Below are positions 51,270 through 64,000 of a stretch of DNA of 64,000 nucleotides, piece after piece. The position numbers and the translations under genes are program-made. The stretch's first letter is position 1. Each line of letters begins with the position of its first letter. This DNA is from Octopus bimaculoides. Lineage: Eukaryota. Where the stretch lies: assembly GCF_001194135.2 (NCBI RefSeq), contig NC_068982.1, positions 125,486,796-125,550,795 of the forward strand, in the 5' to 3' direction. Under the pieces are notes generated by a model. The model saw only the letters and a program-made list of their open reading frames with translations, did no database searches and was not told the DNA's origin.

Positions 51270-54200
51270 GATTTAGGTTGTACCTTTAAACTTTTGTAAT
51301 AAAAAGAAATTAACAACAAAAAAAAACCCACCACCACTAATGGAATACATCCAAAATATTTCCTCTGCACAGACACCATATATAGAAATATTAACACTTT
51401 ATTAAACCTTCTAAACACAAACTAGAACCAAATACAATCTCGTATGACAATCTAGAGAAACTCTTTACAATATTCAAGCATTAATGAAAATGTATAATAT
51501 ATATGTAATGCCCTTTTACAATCTAAGCTCAGTATTTATGAAAAATGCTAAGTGACCTCATCATCAGATTATGAAATTATTCAGATAATATACAAATGTT
51601 GATTAATAATAGTCTAAAAGTCAAATTTCTGATTCAGATAAACAATTCTTTATTATTCAAATGATTATTTCTCAGTCTTTCCAATTTAAATTCATCTAAT
51701 CTTGTAAAATTGTCCTTGAACACCCACACTTGAACTGGAGAGAGGTCAGGGAAAATGGAAAGCAGGTTTAGTTTGAGTGTATAACCAAAACTCAAATTGT
51801 AATTTCATCATTTTATGTCCATGTTCGATGCTGACATGGCTTGGACAATTTGACATGACAGATCTTACATTAAAGTACACCATTTGCTTTTCATTGATCT
51901 TTATTAGAAAGTGCTCTTCAAATTTTATCTCAAATTACTAGCTTCTTGCCAGAAAAATAATTCAAGATTTAATATTTCTTCATGGAATGTGTTGTCTAAA
52001 GTAAGAAATCTACTTTCTTGGTACTCTAAAGCTTTTGACTAAATACAGTGGTGCACATATGTAAGCAAGGATGTGTACATCTGAAAGTCTAGCAATACTA
52101 ACCTTCATAATGGAAATTAGTTTGAAATTAACATAGTATCTCTTTGCCAATAACATATATGTTTAATTCTGTCTCCAAAAATGTCAGTCTCAGGATTTTA
52201 AAAATTAAGTTCATGAGACTAAATAAATAGCAAACTTCCCAGGCACAGCCTTCAATAAAATCAAATTTTATTGTTATTTTTTTTAAAGTTCCACTTTTCT
52301 CATGGAAAAAAGCTGTTTTTTTCAAACTGGATTGTCTTCTTTGCAATGGCTAAAGCAGGAAGAAGCAATTTATCTGAACTGGAAAAATTAATTCAGTTGT
52401 ATCTACTGACACCTATCGACCTTGATGACCTGAATATGTGACATTATGATTTCAAAATAGAAAAACGTAACGTTTAATGAATAATCTAAGACAATGAATG
52501 CTAAAAGTTCATAAGCACAGATTACATGAAAAACAAAATAACTATTTAGCTTAGGTTACTAGAAGACATCAACATATAAACGACAACTTAAGATATTAAA
52601 AAGAACTCTGCAGAGAAACAGAATTATCCATTTCAGTTCGCCTAGCTTGTAAATATCTTAAAGGTCTCTCCCAAGATTATGTAGGACTCATAGTTTGTAA
52701 GCTGTTTTGGTGCATCACGTATTCCTCAGTAAACTTGATGAAATGCTGGCGAAAACAATCTAAACTTGTATTTGAAAACATCCAATTCTTCATGCAAATA
52801 GTATTTGCTGGCTGGTTGTGTTGTTAAGAAACGCTTTCTGCAAATTATGATTTCGTGTTCGATTCTTCTTTTCAGTACCACAGGTATTGTTCATACCAGC
52901 CTAGGTCAAAGATCTTGCGAAATTTGGTAGATAGAGAACAATTTGAACGAAACAATTGTTGCATTCAGTAAATGAAGTAGTGAGTAGTGAAAGTAGTCGT
53001 TCATAGTGAAAGAAGTTCAAAGTGAAAGTAGTTCAAAAAATAATTCATTCATATTGAAGACTTCGTAGTGAAACTGTCATTCATTCATGAAAATAAGTCA
53101 TTACATACAAAAGATTGTAGTATTGTACTTTCATTTTCTCGCTGTTTCGATCAGTAAAGTAGCACGCAAATATATCATCTTTAAAAAATCTTAAACATTT
53201 CAAATTATATATAAATGTAGCTTTGGGCTTCCTTAACATTTGTCAAAGAACTTTTTCAATTAAAATACATTTTCAGCCTTCAACAGTCGGAAAAATACCA
53301 TTCCAAGTTTTTATGAAGCTAACTGGGACAATAATAATAATGTTTTCATTGAATAAGAAGCATACCTACAGTTTTAACCCATAATCACCGACTTTGTTTC
53401 TTCGTAATTTAATGAAAAATGGTAATTTCTTAATGAAATTCTGCAAAGTAAATAAAAAAAAGCACCCAGTACACTCAATAAAATTTTGAGTTAGGAATCA
53501 TATTCAGCCACACAAACTATGCCAAAGCAGACATTGGAGTTTGACGCAGTCTTCTGGTTCATCGATCCTGTCGAACCATCCAAACCGTGCCAACATGGAA
53601 GATGGACGTTAACTGATGACTTTTATCAGCGTAGTTTTAATTCACACACTCCAAGACTTGTCCCTGCATAGTTTCATTAAAAAATACGAAGAAACAAAGT
53701 CGGAGAGACGTGAAACTGTAGCTATGTCACAGAATATGCATAACTTTAAGAGTATTCTACAGAGACGACGGGAATTGCGAGGAAACCGTCCGGAGCAACC
53801 GTTCGCATTCTTGGGCAGGTAGCAGACTTAATGTGTCGCTCAATTTAACATCGCATCTGGCCTTGGAGTACCTTTAAGGAAGTCCGTTTCAGTAGCTTTA
53901 AGACAAATGTTAACCTTCTTCCTTGCACTGAACAATCAAAAACATTAATAAAGTAAAAAAATATCTCAGATAGAGCATGCATGCAACAGCAAAGCTTGCC
54001 TTATGTACCAGGATTTATTCTGGTTTGTCAAATATTACGAATGGATTATTTTTGGCAGAAGAGAGCTGAACAGAACTCTAAATTAAACAAAATAGTGATA
54101 AAGAAAAAAAAAAAAAAAANNNNNNNNNNAAAAAAAAAAAAAAAAAAAGAAAAGAAAAAAAAAGGAAGACTACTTACTGACTCCTGAGGAAAAGATATAA

Positions 54201-57200
54201 CAGAAAAATAATGAAAATTTAAATCATTTTCGCATAAGAACCATAAAGAGAAAAATAATGATGAAACAAGAGTAGAAAATAATTCATAAATAATTATTAA
54301 TTCAATTCAATCGATGATTAATTACATTAAAACATTAATATTTGAAATTCATGCAAAAAAAAAAAAAAAAAAGTAAATATTAAGCAACAAAAAATTGTAC
54401 TTAGAAAGTTTTTAAATCTGCTTCCTACAGGGCACTTCAAAAGCAAGGTTTGAGAATGAATACACACATCCACATTGATTATTTTAAATACCAATTTTCA
54501 AAGTGATATTTATTGATTTATTCTTTAAGATTTTTTATTTAGTTACTGTGAAAGTATGACGAAATCTAGAAAACATGTCAAAATACATTTGTATTATAGA
54601 TTTTATACTCTTCGACTACTTGAGGAAACATTTTTGAATCACCAAGTTAAAAAGTGCATTTCTTGCTAAGTCCGAAAGTGCATTTCTTGCTAAGTCCGAT
54701 AAAATGTAACGATAAGTTTATTTAGTTATTTACCTAAACTTTCTAGATAATTTCTAGAAGATTAACATACGTTTATTTCAAAAGACAGCATGCATTTATT
54801 CCTATTTTGAACGGTTGATCCTAGAAGTGATAATCTGAATTTTTTCTCACAAAGAAATCGTAGTTGTCAGAAAATTATGATGGAAAAAATGCTTAAAGGA
54901 GGTTTCCATTAGATTCTGATGATTACAAAATAGAACATTAGCCATTTACGACGAGATTAAAGTTCAAGCTCGACAAAACGAAGAACGAGTGAAGCATACG
55001 ATAACAAGGACTGTCAGGGCATTGGAAGACGCAATACGGCAGAACTTTCCAACTTTTTTCTTACCTTCAAATAGATTGAGAAGCAACCAATCTAGCGTCC
55101 TAAATTAGAGTTAAAACGGTTTCAAGATAAAGATGTATAGTAAGCTAAGCAAATAACGACGCAGTGTTAGGAGTGCCATGAAGTTGCCTTCGTGACGCTA
55201 TCACAGCAAGATATCTTTTACATTTGCTTCAATCATCAGACTACGGCCAAACTGGGGCACCCCCTTGGCGGGTTTCGGCTGTTTTTTAAAAAAAAATTCT
55301 AGTATTTATTCTATCAATCTTTTCGCCAAACCATAAGTTACGGGGGCGGAATCAAACCAATATCAGTTGTCAAGTGGGGTAAACACAAACACATACAAAA
55401 GCCGGGCTTGCAGTTTCCGCCAACAAAATTCGCTCAAGACATTGCCCAAGGTGCCGGATAGTGAGACAGAACCTAAAACTAAGTTCTTAAACACAAGGCC
55501 TATATAAGCAATCTTGTTTACAATCGAATCTCGTAAACTTAGGACCGTTGAATTCTAAATAGGAGAAAACGGAGACAAGTTTTAATAAAAATTGACTGGG
55601 CTTCAAAATACCGTGTTGATGAATATAATTGTGCCTGTGGCGGTTCCAGGTACAAAGGAAAATCTTGGCAAGATAGAACAAATCAATAGAAAAAAATCTT
55701 TTTGATTACAATTTTTCGAACATTGGTAGATATTTCTAACACAATTAGCAACATAGGAGGATGTCGATTTACTCATCTTCTGTATTCGAAAAATTTTGGA
55801 AGATAAGTCGACCTCGCTAAGATTTGAACACTTGAAAGTGAAAAGATGTATTTCAATACCATGAGGCATTTTGGGCAGGATTGCTTGTCACTGACTTGAA
55901 AAATTATAATGAAAATGAATTTCTAACATGTGAAACTACAAATGGGTGACGTGATCGATGAGTAGACCCAAGTTACTCAAGTTCTTAAAAGAGAACAGTG
56001 TTGTAGTAACTGCCCCTACCTCGAAGCCCCATACATCATGAAAGGAGCACGGGAGAGGGCAAAAATGCATAATAATAGAAATTTTTGGATAATCATTTTT
56101 CCAGGATTATTTCCGTTGTATGAAAGAAGTATACAGGCAAAGTAAAGAAAACAATTCTTTCTGCTTTTCTCTGGTACTTCGAAGTATAGGTATTCCATAA
56201 CTCCGCCCGCAAAGGGACGAAATAATCAAATCCCTCCGATATGGTTTCTACTATTCTCTCTTTTAAACAAGAAACATTGTAGGGCTTCTGTAATTCTCGC
56301 AAGTGCGGGGACGAAATTTGCTTAGGTGTTGGAAACACGGGTCCAACCTAAGATGCTTGAAACAGTTTTTTTTTTGTCCACCGACCACAAAAAAAAAAAA
56401 AAAAAAAAAAAAAGTGACTGCGTTTGTATCCCCCGTTCCCGAGCCTATGGTTTATTTATTCAAAACAGATACACTTTACATTAAAAAGATGACCAATTTG
56501 CTATGCTAGATCTCCAGTTTGTAATCTAAAACTTAGTCATGTTTTGCAAGTGTTTTTACAACTAACTTTACGCTGGACTTAATAAATAGTTTTGAACAGG
56601 AATCTGACAAACTTGTACCAGTTTGATGAGCAGTTTAAAGTTACTCCAGGATAGTTAACTGCATCATTACAAAGCATTTACATTTAGATGCAAAAAAACC
56701 TCCATATATTTAGACGTGTTGTAGCCGTTCTAGAAATCAGTTTTAATTAACATTCGAACATGGTTCGGGTTATCTATAAACATTTCGATAAATTTGATTG
56801 GTAAATTATAAGAAAAAAATACAGGAATAAAATTTTCATAGACTATGCTAAAAATATTTAAATTTCAAATTTAATAACTTAATTTTTAAAAGAACCTAAA
56901 ATCAATGTGATCGGGACAGAATTTCTCAAAATGCATTTCAGGGCGAAAAGTAAATAAGGTTACATGAAATTAAATAAAAATTGAAAATCAACTAATTTTA
57001 CAATAATACTGCATAGAAAAACGCGCCAAAAAGTACAGACATGTTTTTAAAAAAAAACAAGTTTATTAAGGAAACTGCATTGTAAATGCACATTTTTATA
57101 CAGTCTATAGTTTAAGTTTACTTTCATTTGATTTAACAAATCACAAAAAATACCCTAATTCGCACACAAAAGTTAAAAGCTGAAAATAAGATAAATAAAG

Positions 57201-59326
57201 ACTAGACCCCAATCTTTTGTTACTACCCTCCACTTATTTACCGGGCGCCATTGTCAATATGACACCATTTTAGGGAGAAGTCTCTCTTTTAACTGTCAGA
57301 ACAATAAAAGTAGAAAAAATAAAAACCTATACTACTACTATACTTGTATGATAATAAAGTGAATTTTTCTTACAACTGACTGTCTACATCACAAATAGTA
57401 CATACATACAGTGACATACAACAAGCACAGACCGTGAAAATCAAACCCCCCCTCATTCACAAAGCTCTTTAACCACCGCCACGTTGTTAAGTGTCTATAA
57501 CATGTTCCAGATTCACTATATTTACCATTATTGATTATACAAAGGAGACGGAATTCAGAAAAGAGCTGCAGCCTGACGAAAACCTTATCTATTATAAATG
57601 TAAATTTTTAAAAACATTTTCTATAAAAAATAATGGCATTTTTAAAAATGATGGTAAAGAAAATTCTTTCTTCCCTTACATGGGAGGAAAATTTTCCGCA
57701 AGGATTTGTTTATCAAACTTCTGAAAGTCGCCAGAAAAAAAAAACAAAGTATGGAATTATTAAGCAAGGCATAGTAAAAATTAAACGAAAATGCTATTTT
57801 GCTATTAAAGTAATACATGTAGACGACAGTAAAAGCGAATATTCTTCGGCTAATTCTACTGCCAGTCTACATTGCTCAGAGAGCTTCTCTAAAAATTGAC
57901 AGAAATCCCTAGGTGCAGGTGGAAAGAGGGGAATATATCGACTCAGTCCCTCATCTCAGTCATAGCTGAAGCATGCGGGAAATGCATGGGGAGGGGGAGA
58001 AAAATCGATTTAATATTCAACTAACAGGACATTCTCCAAAAATACCATTATTGTTCTGGACATGCTTACATCATACTATTCAAATCTCTTCTAAACCTTG
58101 AATATCCCATTATCAATGAATATTTTGTAATCAATAAGATGCAATAGATTTAGTTATCAGTTAAATACTGATAAACTTTTAAGGGGAGGAAGGCAGCAAT
58201 AACCAGACTTGCAGCCCTTAAGAACCGCCATCGCCATTACTGTTCAGATTCTTTATTTCAAAAAATCTAGAGTTTAAAAAAGATGGAGAAGTATGTATAA
58301 AAATATATTAAAGAAAAGAGAAATGAAAGCCTAGTCAAAAATGCTTTTAAGAAATAATCGGAAAAAAACGAGCTGAGTTTGTTGTGCCAATAAAACAGTA
58401 ATTAACCTTCAACATAAAAAATACAAACTACGCCAAATTAAAAACGTCAGACACGTGTTATATTATTTACATTCATAAGTATCCATTTACCTATTATTGA
58501 GAATCAGAACCCTATAAAATCTCTGACCCTTAAACGCTATACTAACACGAAATCCCTCTCCTCTAATAAATCACTAAATTTATAACTCTGGGATTTTGTA
58601 AAAATTCCATAGATTTGTAAATAATAAACTCAGCAATTAACTGTCCTGGTAGTAATATTATGATTTCGTGGGAGGTACAATTTTATATTGTATATATATA
58701 TGCATGCGTGTGAAGAATATTCCACATGCTACATAATTTACTTTATATTCAGATACAAATAAAATGGAAAGATGGATCTTTGAGCTTCAAGCATTCTTCT
58801 TTATAGAACTCGCTTAATTTGTTGGGATTAATTTAATTGTTCGATACTATAAATATAGTCAAATGCTAAAAAAAAAATTTCGAACGTTTTCTTTTATAGG
58901 AATAATGATACTAAAATGTTAGTTCAGTCGGAGCTCAGGTAAATTAATTGATTAAAGAGAACTGTAGCGGCGGTGTTAATAAGTTCAAAAACAAAACAAA
59001 AAAAAAACTTTAGTCTATGCATGTAATAAAGAACATTCCATACGTTAAATGTATTGTCTTTGGTATACAAACTGTACTTACATGTTTTCTTTGAAATCAA
59101 CTAGAACTGATGTTTAAACTTGCAAGTTTCTTTTATAAAAACTATGCAAAGAAAACTTTTATATTAAGAAGGATGGCTGAGAATAAATGCTATCTCATAA
59201 ATTTCCTTCATCAATATCGCGGCTTCTTTCTCTTCTGGCTTTCAGTTTCAGAAAAGTGCACATTTTTGGAAAGCCCCCCTCAGAGAATATCGTCTATGCA
59301 CGTCGGTTGTAAACATTAGAACTCAC

Positions 59327-59420
59327 ATCAGTAAGTAGTTCGTAGATAAAACACACGCTCGGCGACGACGACAGACCAGCTCTCTCTTTCTCTGCAAACG
59401 ACACTTTTTGTTAACAATGA
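59327..59420 (-). other. Candidate first exon of the innexin; ends in AT, forming ATG on splicing to the main exon
   Basis: Inr-like TCATTG near 59420, a CpG-containing leader, then ...TACTGAT|GTGAGT (consensus donor at 59326-59321). AT plus the first G of the exon at 38285 gives ATG in frame (MVWGVFGSF...). Confidence 0.5.
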
Positions 59421-60249
59421 CATTTCTCACTCATACTACTACCTCTGTTATGTTCTCACTCATACCACTCCCTCTCTCATTTCCTTCAGCTTTTTTATCA
59501 GGCTTCCACTTCTTTTATCAACTTTCCTCTTTAAAACTTTCCACCACCCTTGTCTTTCTTCCTCTTATTTCTTCTTTCAGTCCAATTGTTTCCTCCCGGC
59601 CTTCTCCACGTTTGTTACTCTGTATATCTATTTAGTAGACCCAACATCACAGGCGTTCCAGTCGTGACAACGTCATTTATTTTTTTTTTATTTTTCAAAC
59701 ATAAGTTTCTGTAAAACAAACATAATCTAATATCTCCTTCCGTTTCTTTCAGACTGTTAAGTGTGTGATTTGAAGGAAATTTGGATTCTAATTGCAGCAG
59801 GTCGAGTGACCAACTAGCTTATTTATTATTATTATTTTTTTAATTATATTACATTAATTCGTTTGTTTATATTTAAACCTCCTTGTGGTTGCACTACACA
59901 CACACAGATACCTACATCCAGAGTGTCTCGTAATGTATTGGTGGGCACATTTCAAACGCAAGTTACTAGGACTTAAGCAAACATAGTTATTAAGAAAAGT
60001 ATATACTACATAACCAAGGTACAGGAATTCAGGGTTTGAATATTAGGTCTTTCAGATAGCTACCAACTCCAAGAGGGCATCTCCGGGCTCTCCCTTTCAT
60101 GGCCATAATAGTACGATGCCACAGATCAGCTGGTTTGCGTTGTTTCTTTCCAAGTGTTGTGTCTCATCATTACTTTATGAGACACCCTGTGTGTGTGCGA
60201 GAGAGAGCAGTGACTCGTTTAAAAGTTATTAACTATCTTATTATTTGCC

Positions 60250-60610
60250 AAATTCTGCCGCGGTCTACTTTGCCTTTCATCCTTTCGGGGTCCATGAAAT
60301 AAGTACCAGTTGAGTACTGAGGTCGATGTAATCGACTATCCCCCCCACTCCAAATTTCAGGCCTTGTACCTATAGTAGAAAGGATTATTATTATTATTTA
60401 GACTGGCAGAATCGTTACCATGCCGTGCGAAATGCTCGACGGCATTTCGTCCGTCTCTGTGTTCTGAGTTAAAAATTCCGCCCAGGTCAGCTTTGCCTTT
60501 CATCCTTTCGGGAGTCGATAAAATAAGCACCATTGAGGACTGGGGGTCGATGCAGTCGATTTACCCCCTCCTCAAATTTTAGCCCTTGTGCTTTTAGTAG
60601 AAAGGAGCAT
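60250..60610 (+). mobile_element. Two SINE family D copies
   Basis: ctttgcctttcatcctttcggg..ataagtaccagttgag..ggtcgatgtaatcgac occurs twice. Confidence 0.75.
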
Positions 60611-61415
60611 CGTTATTATTTGCATGCATGGTTGATTGGTTAATAAGTGCGTCGTTGCGAATTCACGAAGTGTCTTTGACTATAGTTCCGGATTAATCAA
60701 TGCCTTGTGAATAAATTTGGTTGATGGAAACTGTACCTGTACTTTGGCATTTCGGCAAAATTAACCGGAAAACTAAAGTCTAGACTTAAAAACAAAAAAA
60801 AAAAAAGAAGAAACACGAGGGTCGATTTCTTCGACTGAAATCATTCTAGGTGGTGTCCTGGCAGAGCTGCAGTCCAATGACTGAAGTAAGTAAAAGAATA
60901 AAAGAAATAGGTGAGCATGTATTCTTAGTGCTTTTTACTATAGGTTTTTTTACCTTTTATGATAGTGTAGTAGAAAAAGAATACATCGTTATATGTTCAA
61001 GAGCATCAGCAATCCATTTTGGACACCGATGGTTCTTTGAGAACTTAGGTGAAGTTAAGCTGCGGTGTCCTCACTTCAGTAGAAACACTGGCAAAGTTAC
61101 TNNNNNNNNNNNNNNNNNNNNNNNNNNNNNNNNNNNNNNNNNNNNNNNNNNNNNNNNNNNNNNNNNNNNNNNNNNNNNNNNNNNNNNNNNNNNNNNNNNN
61201 NNNNNNNNNNNNNNNNNNNNNNNNNNNNNNNNNNNNNNNNNNNNTTACATTCTGGGTTCAAATTCCGCCGAGGTCCTCCTGAAAGTCGATAAAATGAAGT
61301 ACAAAGTAAAGTACTGGTGTTAATTGTATCGTCTAACCTCTCCGCTTTAAATTGCCACTATTGTGCCTAAGTTAGAAACAATTATTATTATTATTATTAT
61401 TATTATTATCAAAAA

Positions 61416-61672
61416 ATCAAATCAAATGCGCCCTTTTAAAGCCTAGCCAGGCTCATAGGCCCGGTTTCCCGGTTTCAATGGCGTATGTGTTCCCTAGCTG
61501 AACGGGACGCTAGTCCATCGCAACGTTACTCATTTTTACCAGCTGAGCGGACTGGAGCAACGTGAAATGAAGTGTTTTGCTCAAGAACACAACGCGTCGC
61601 CCGGTCCAGGAATCGAAACCACAATCTTACGATCATGATGCTGACATCCTAACCACTAGGTCACGCGCCTCC
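61416..61672 (-). mobile_element. SINE family C copy
   Basis: tRNA-like head at about 61672 on the minus strand with an (ATTTG)n tail; matches 31195-31447. Confidence 0.8.
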
Positions 61673-62390
61673 ACTGTTATTATTATAGAAGCTTAAATAA
61701 CAAACAATAGTTAGTTTAGAAACTATAAGGTAACGAGCTGGCGGGATCTTGGTGCATCGAACAAAATGCTTAGCAGCATTTCTTTCAGCTCTATACGTTC
61801 TGAGTTCAGACCCTGTCGTGGTCAACTTTGCCTTCCGTTCTTTCTGCGTCGATGAAATAAAGTACAGGTTAACGACTGTAGGTGATGTAATCGACTAAAC
61901 TCCCCAACCTCTGAAAGCTGCTAGCCTTGTGCCAAAATTAGAAACCCTTATCTTAAAAAACTATACCATTTTGTTCATGTATTAACTTCAGTCCCAGTGG
62001 ATGGGTACCGTATTTACCGTCATACAAGTCGACGAATGAGTAATATATAGCGTAAACATTAAAATATCGTGACTATGTTTCAAAACCACGCTGCATTTCA
62101 CATGGAATTTTTGGTCCTCCGAAGTCGTTTTGGTGTATAAACGATATACACCAGACTCTATACACCAGGTGAAAGTGGAAGCCATAAGGTGGTCGTTCAA
62201 GCTGTTAGAAATAGCAACCAATCTCTCTCACCGCACCCAACTGTCTTAAACCCTCCACGTCGTTAGCGACGGAGTGCCAACATATATATATATATATATG
62301 TAGTAAGAATTTAAAAAAAAAAAAAAAGACGAAGACGGGTATGTAAACAACAAACAGATGTATTAGTTAAACGCTCGGGAAGTGAGAAAG

Positions 62391-62429
62391 TCTTTTACGT
62401 TTCGAGCCTACGCTCTTCGACAGAAAGGA
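62391..62429 (-). ncRNA. Minimal type I hammerhead-ribozyme-like motif (Penelope pLTR type), variant core
   Basis: Minus strand: CCTTT-CTGTCGA-A-GAGC GTAG GCTC-GAAA-C-GT-A-AAAG. Stem II is perfect, stem III is the palindrome ACGT, and stem I is 4 bp. The core reads CUGUCGA instead of CUGANGA. Confidence 0.5.
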
Positions 62430-63628
62430 ACACAGAAATAAATAGGGAGAGAAAATAGAAAAAGGTATAGTGGCTAGCGATCTATCATTGCGAATATATA
62501 TATATATATATATANNNNNNNNNNNNNNNNNNNNNNNNNNNNNNNNNNNNNNNNNNNNNNNNNNNNNNNNNNNNNNNNNNNNNNNNNNNNNNNNNNNNNN
62601 NNNNNNNNNNNNNNNNNNNNNNNNNNNNNNNNNNNNNNNNNNNNNNNNNNNNNNNNNNNNNNNNNNNNNNNNNNNNTATATATATGCAAGCATACACACG
62701 GTAGAATCTCTATCACTGATACTGTCTCTGAGATTAGAAGGTAAAAATTCATTTCTGAGGGCGCCTAAAATCTTAAAATGACAGTAACCCCAATAACATC
62801 AGCCTTATTCAAATTTGGGGGAAATAAAGACAATGCAGGAGTGGTTCATATTTTCTAATTAGAGGGTCTTGTTTCTTAAATTAATTTGATTATTTTGTGG
62901 AGGTTTTAGATGGGACTGAGAGTTGCTTGTAGAATTGCTTGTGGAATCGTTTGGTATCCCGTTTGTGGGATATATCTATATAGGAATAAAAATTGTGCAT
63001 TGAAGCCTCTGGTTACTTATAGACGTAAGCTGTCCTCTACTTGATACTTAATAATATCGTAATGTACTGAGCTATGTCGGACTTCCTCCTCCCATAAGGG
63101 GATCAGAGAAGCCGGGCGGCCAATTTGATCCAGGTGATATGTAACACCTCCTGCTACGAGGCTTAAACTAATGACTTTATTAGAAAAAAGTGTTGTTTTA
63201 GCTGATTCATCAAAGAATTCATCACATTTCACGGAGTTCAGACTGCGACGGTGAGAAAACAATTGACAGAATGAGAAATCTTTGGTTTTTGCTCTGACGG
63301 CCAAATTACTAATAGAAACTTGTTAGTTTAATAAACATGAATACATAATGTACGCTTTAGAAACCTTCCATTGTATTTTATCATCACATCTAATGAACAA
63401 GCCAAGCTCTACATTTGATATTTATCTTAGATTTCGATAAATCACAGTCTGAAAGTCTTCTCAAAAAAACCAACCAAGCCTGAAAATTAATTTCGCTTAA
63501 TTTTCAGTTTAACGACTTCATTACTCCCTTCGTCAGCATGACGCTTTCCTCTACTAAAACTATGATTTCACACAGTTCGCAAAAATTACGAGGAATTTAT
63601 AACGAAAGTGAATATCAAATAGTGTATA

Positions 63629-64000
63629 CTAGCAGAAATACCCGGCGTTGCCCGGGTTAAAGAGAATAATGAAATCTAAAAACGCCGTCTAGACTACGCA
63701 TCATCTTTATATATAGAGATGTATATACACACACGCACCCAAACACGTATATATATGTATATCAATATAAATATATGAAAGTCAATGAAGTTTCGTAAAA
63801 GAAGGTAATCATGTACATACTTTCTTGCTGTTGTGATTATAACACCTCGTTGTAAACAATGTTCCTTGTTTTCCCTTGTGGAGCATATACAAATAGGTTT
63901 TTTTTGCTGCCCACTCTTGAGCAACCAACATACAGTTGTCCATGTGAGAAGCAGGGCTCTTCCAAGAGAAGACCAGCTACAGACAGTGTTTGACCCTGAG
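63629..64000 (-). mobile_element. Helitron 3' end with the C-terminus of the Pif1-like RepHel helicase (63998-63837), continuing beyond the window
   Basis: Open frame QGQTLSVAGLLLEEPCFSHGQLYVGCSRVGSKKNLFVYAPQGKTRNIVYNEVL* (Helitron helicase motif VI region). Terminal hairpin CCCGGGCAACGCCGGG, then CTAG|T at 63632-63628. Confidence 0.9.

Noticed and set aside
57511-57599. Possible plus-strand exon (FTIFTIIDYTKETEFRKELQPDENLIYYK)
   Set aside because: Weak splice signals, no recognisable protein family and no partner exons.
63017-63304. 95-aa minus-strand ORF near the Helitron
   Set aside because: Could not be assigned to any family; it lies outside the Helitron 3' terminus.

Overview
AT-rich, repeat-dense animal genomic DNA with many N gaps next to microsatellites. 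The SINE and microsatellite make-up resembles an octopus (coleoid cephalopod) assembly; this is inferred from recognised repeat families, not from a search. One host gene is clear: a minus-strand innexin (gap-junction protein). Almost all of its CDS is one exon (38285->37121), which starts at a phase-2 splice acceptor and has no start codon of its own. Several upstream candidate first exons are frame-compatible with that acceptor. One (ending at 59327) would create the ATG only by splicing (AT|G); another (49669-49665) supplies ATG-GG. An orphan plus-strand promoter-like region with a CAG-rich leader lies at about 27.8-28.4 kb. The rest is mobile DNA: tRNA-derived/CORE-like SINEs, RTE and CR1-like LINE fragments, two Penelope-like GIY-YIG fragments, a Penelope-type minimal hammerhead motif, Tc1/mariner/maT fragments (two chimeric joins and one long-arm foldback mariner), Helitrons (one complete non-autonomous copy and one helicase-coding 3' end), and piggyBac-like and Merlin-like MITEs. 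No rRNA, true tRNA gene or CRISPR array was seen.
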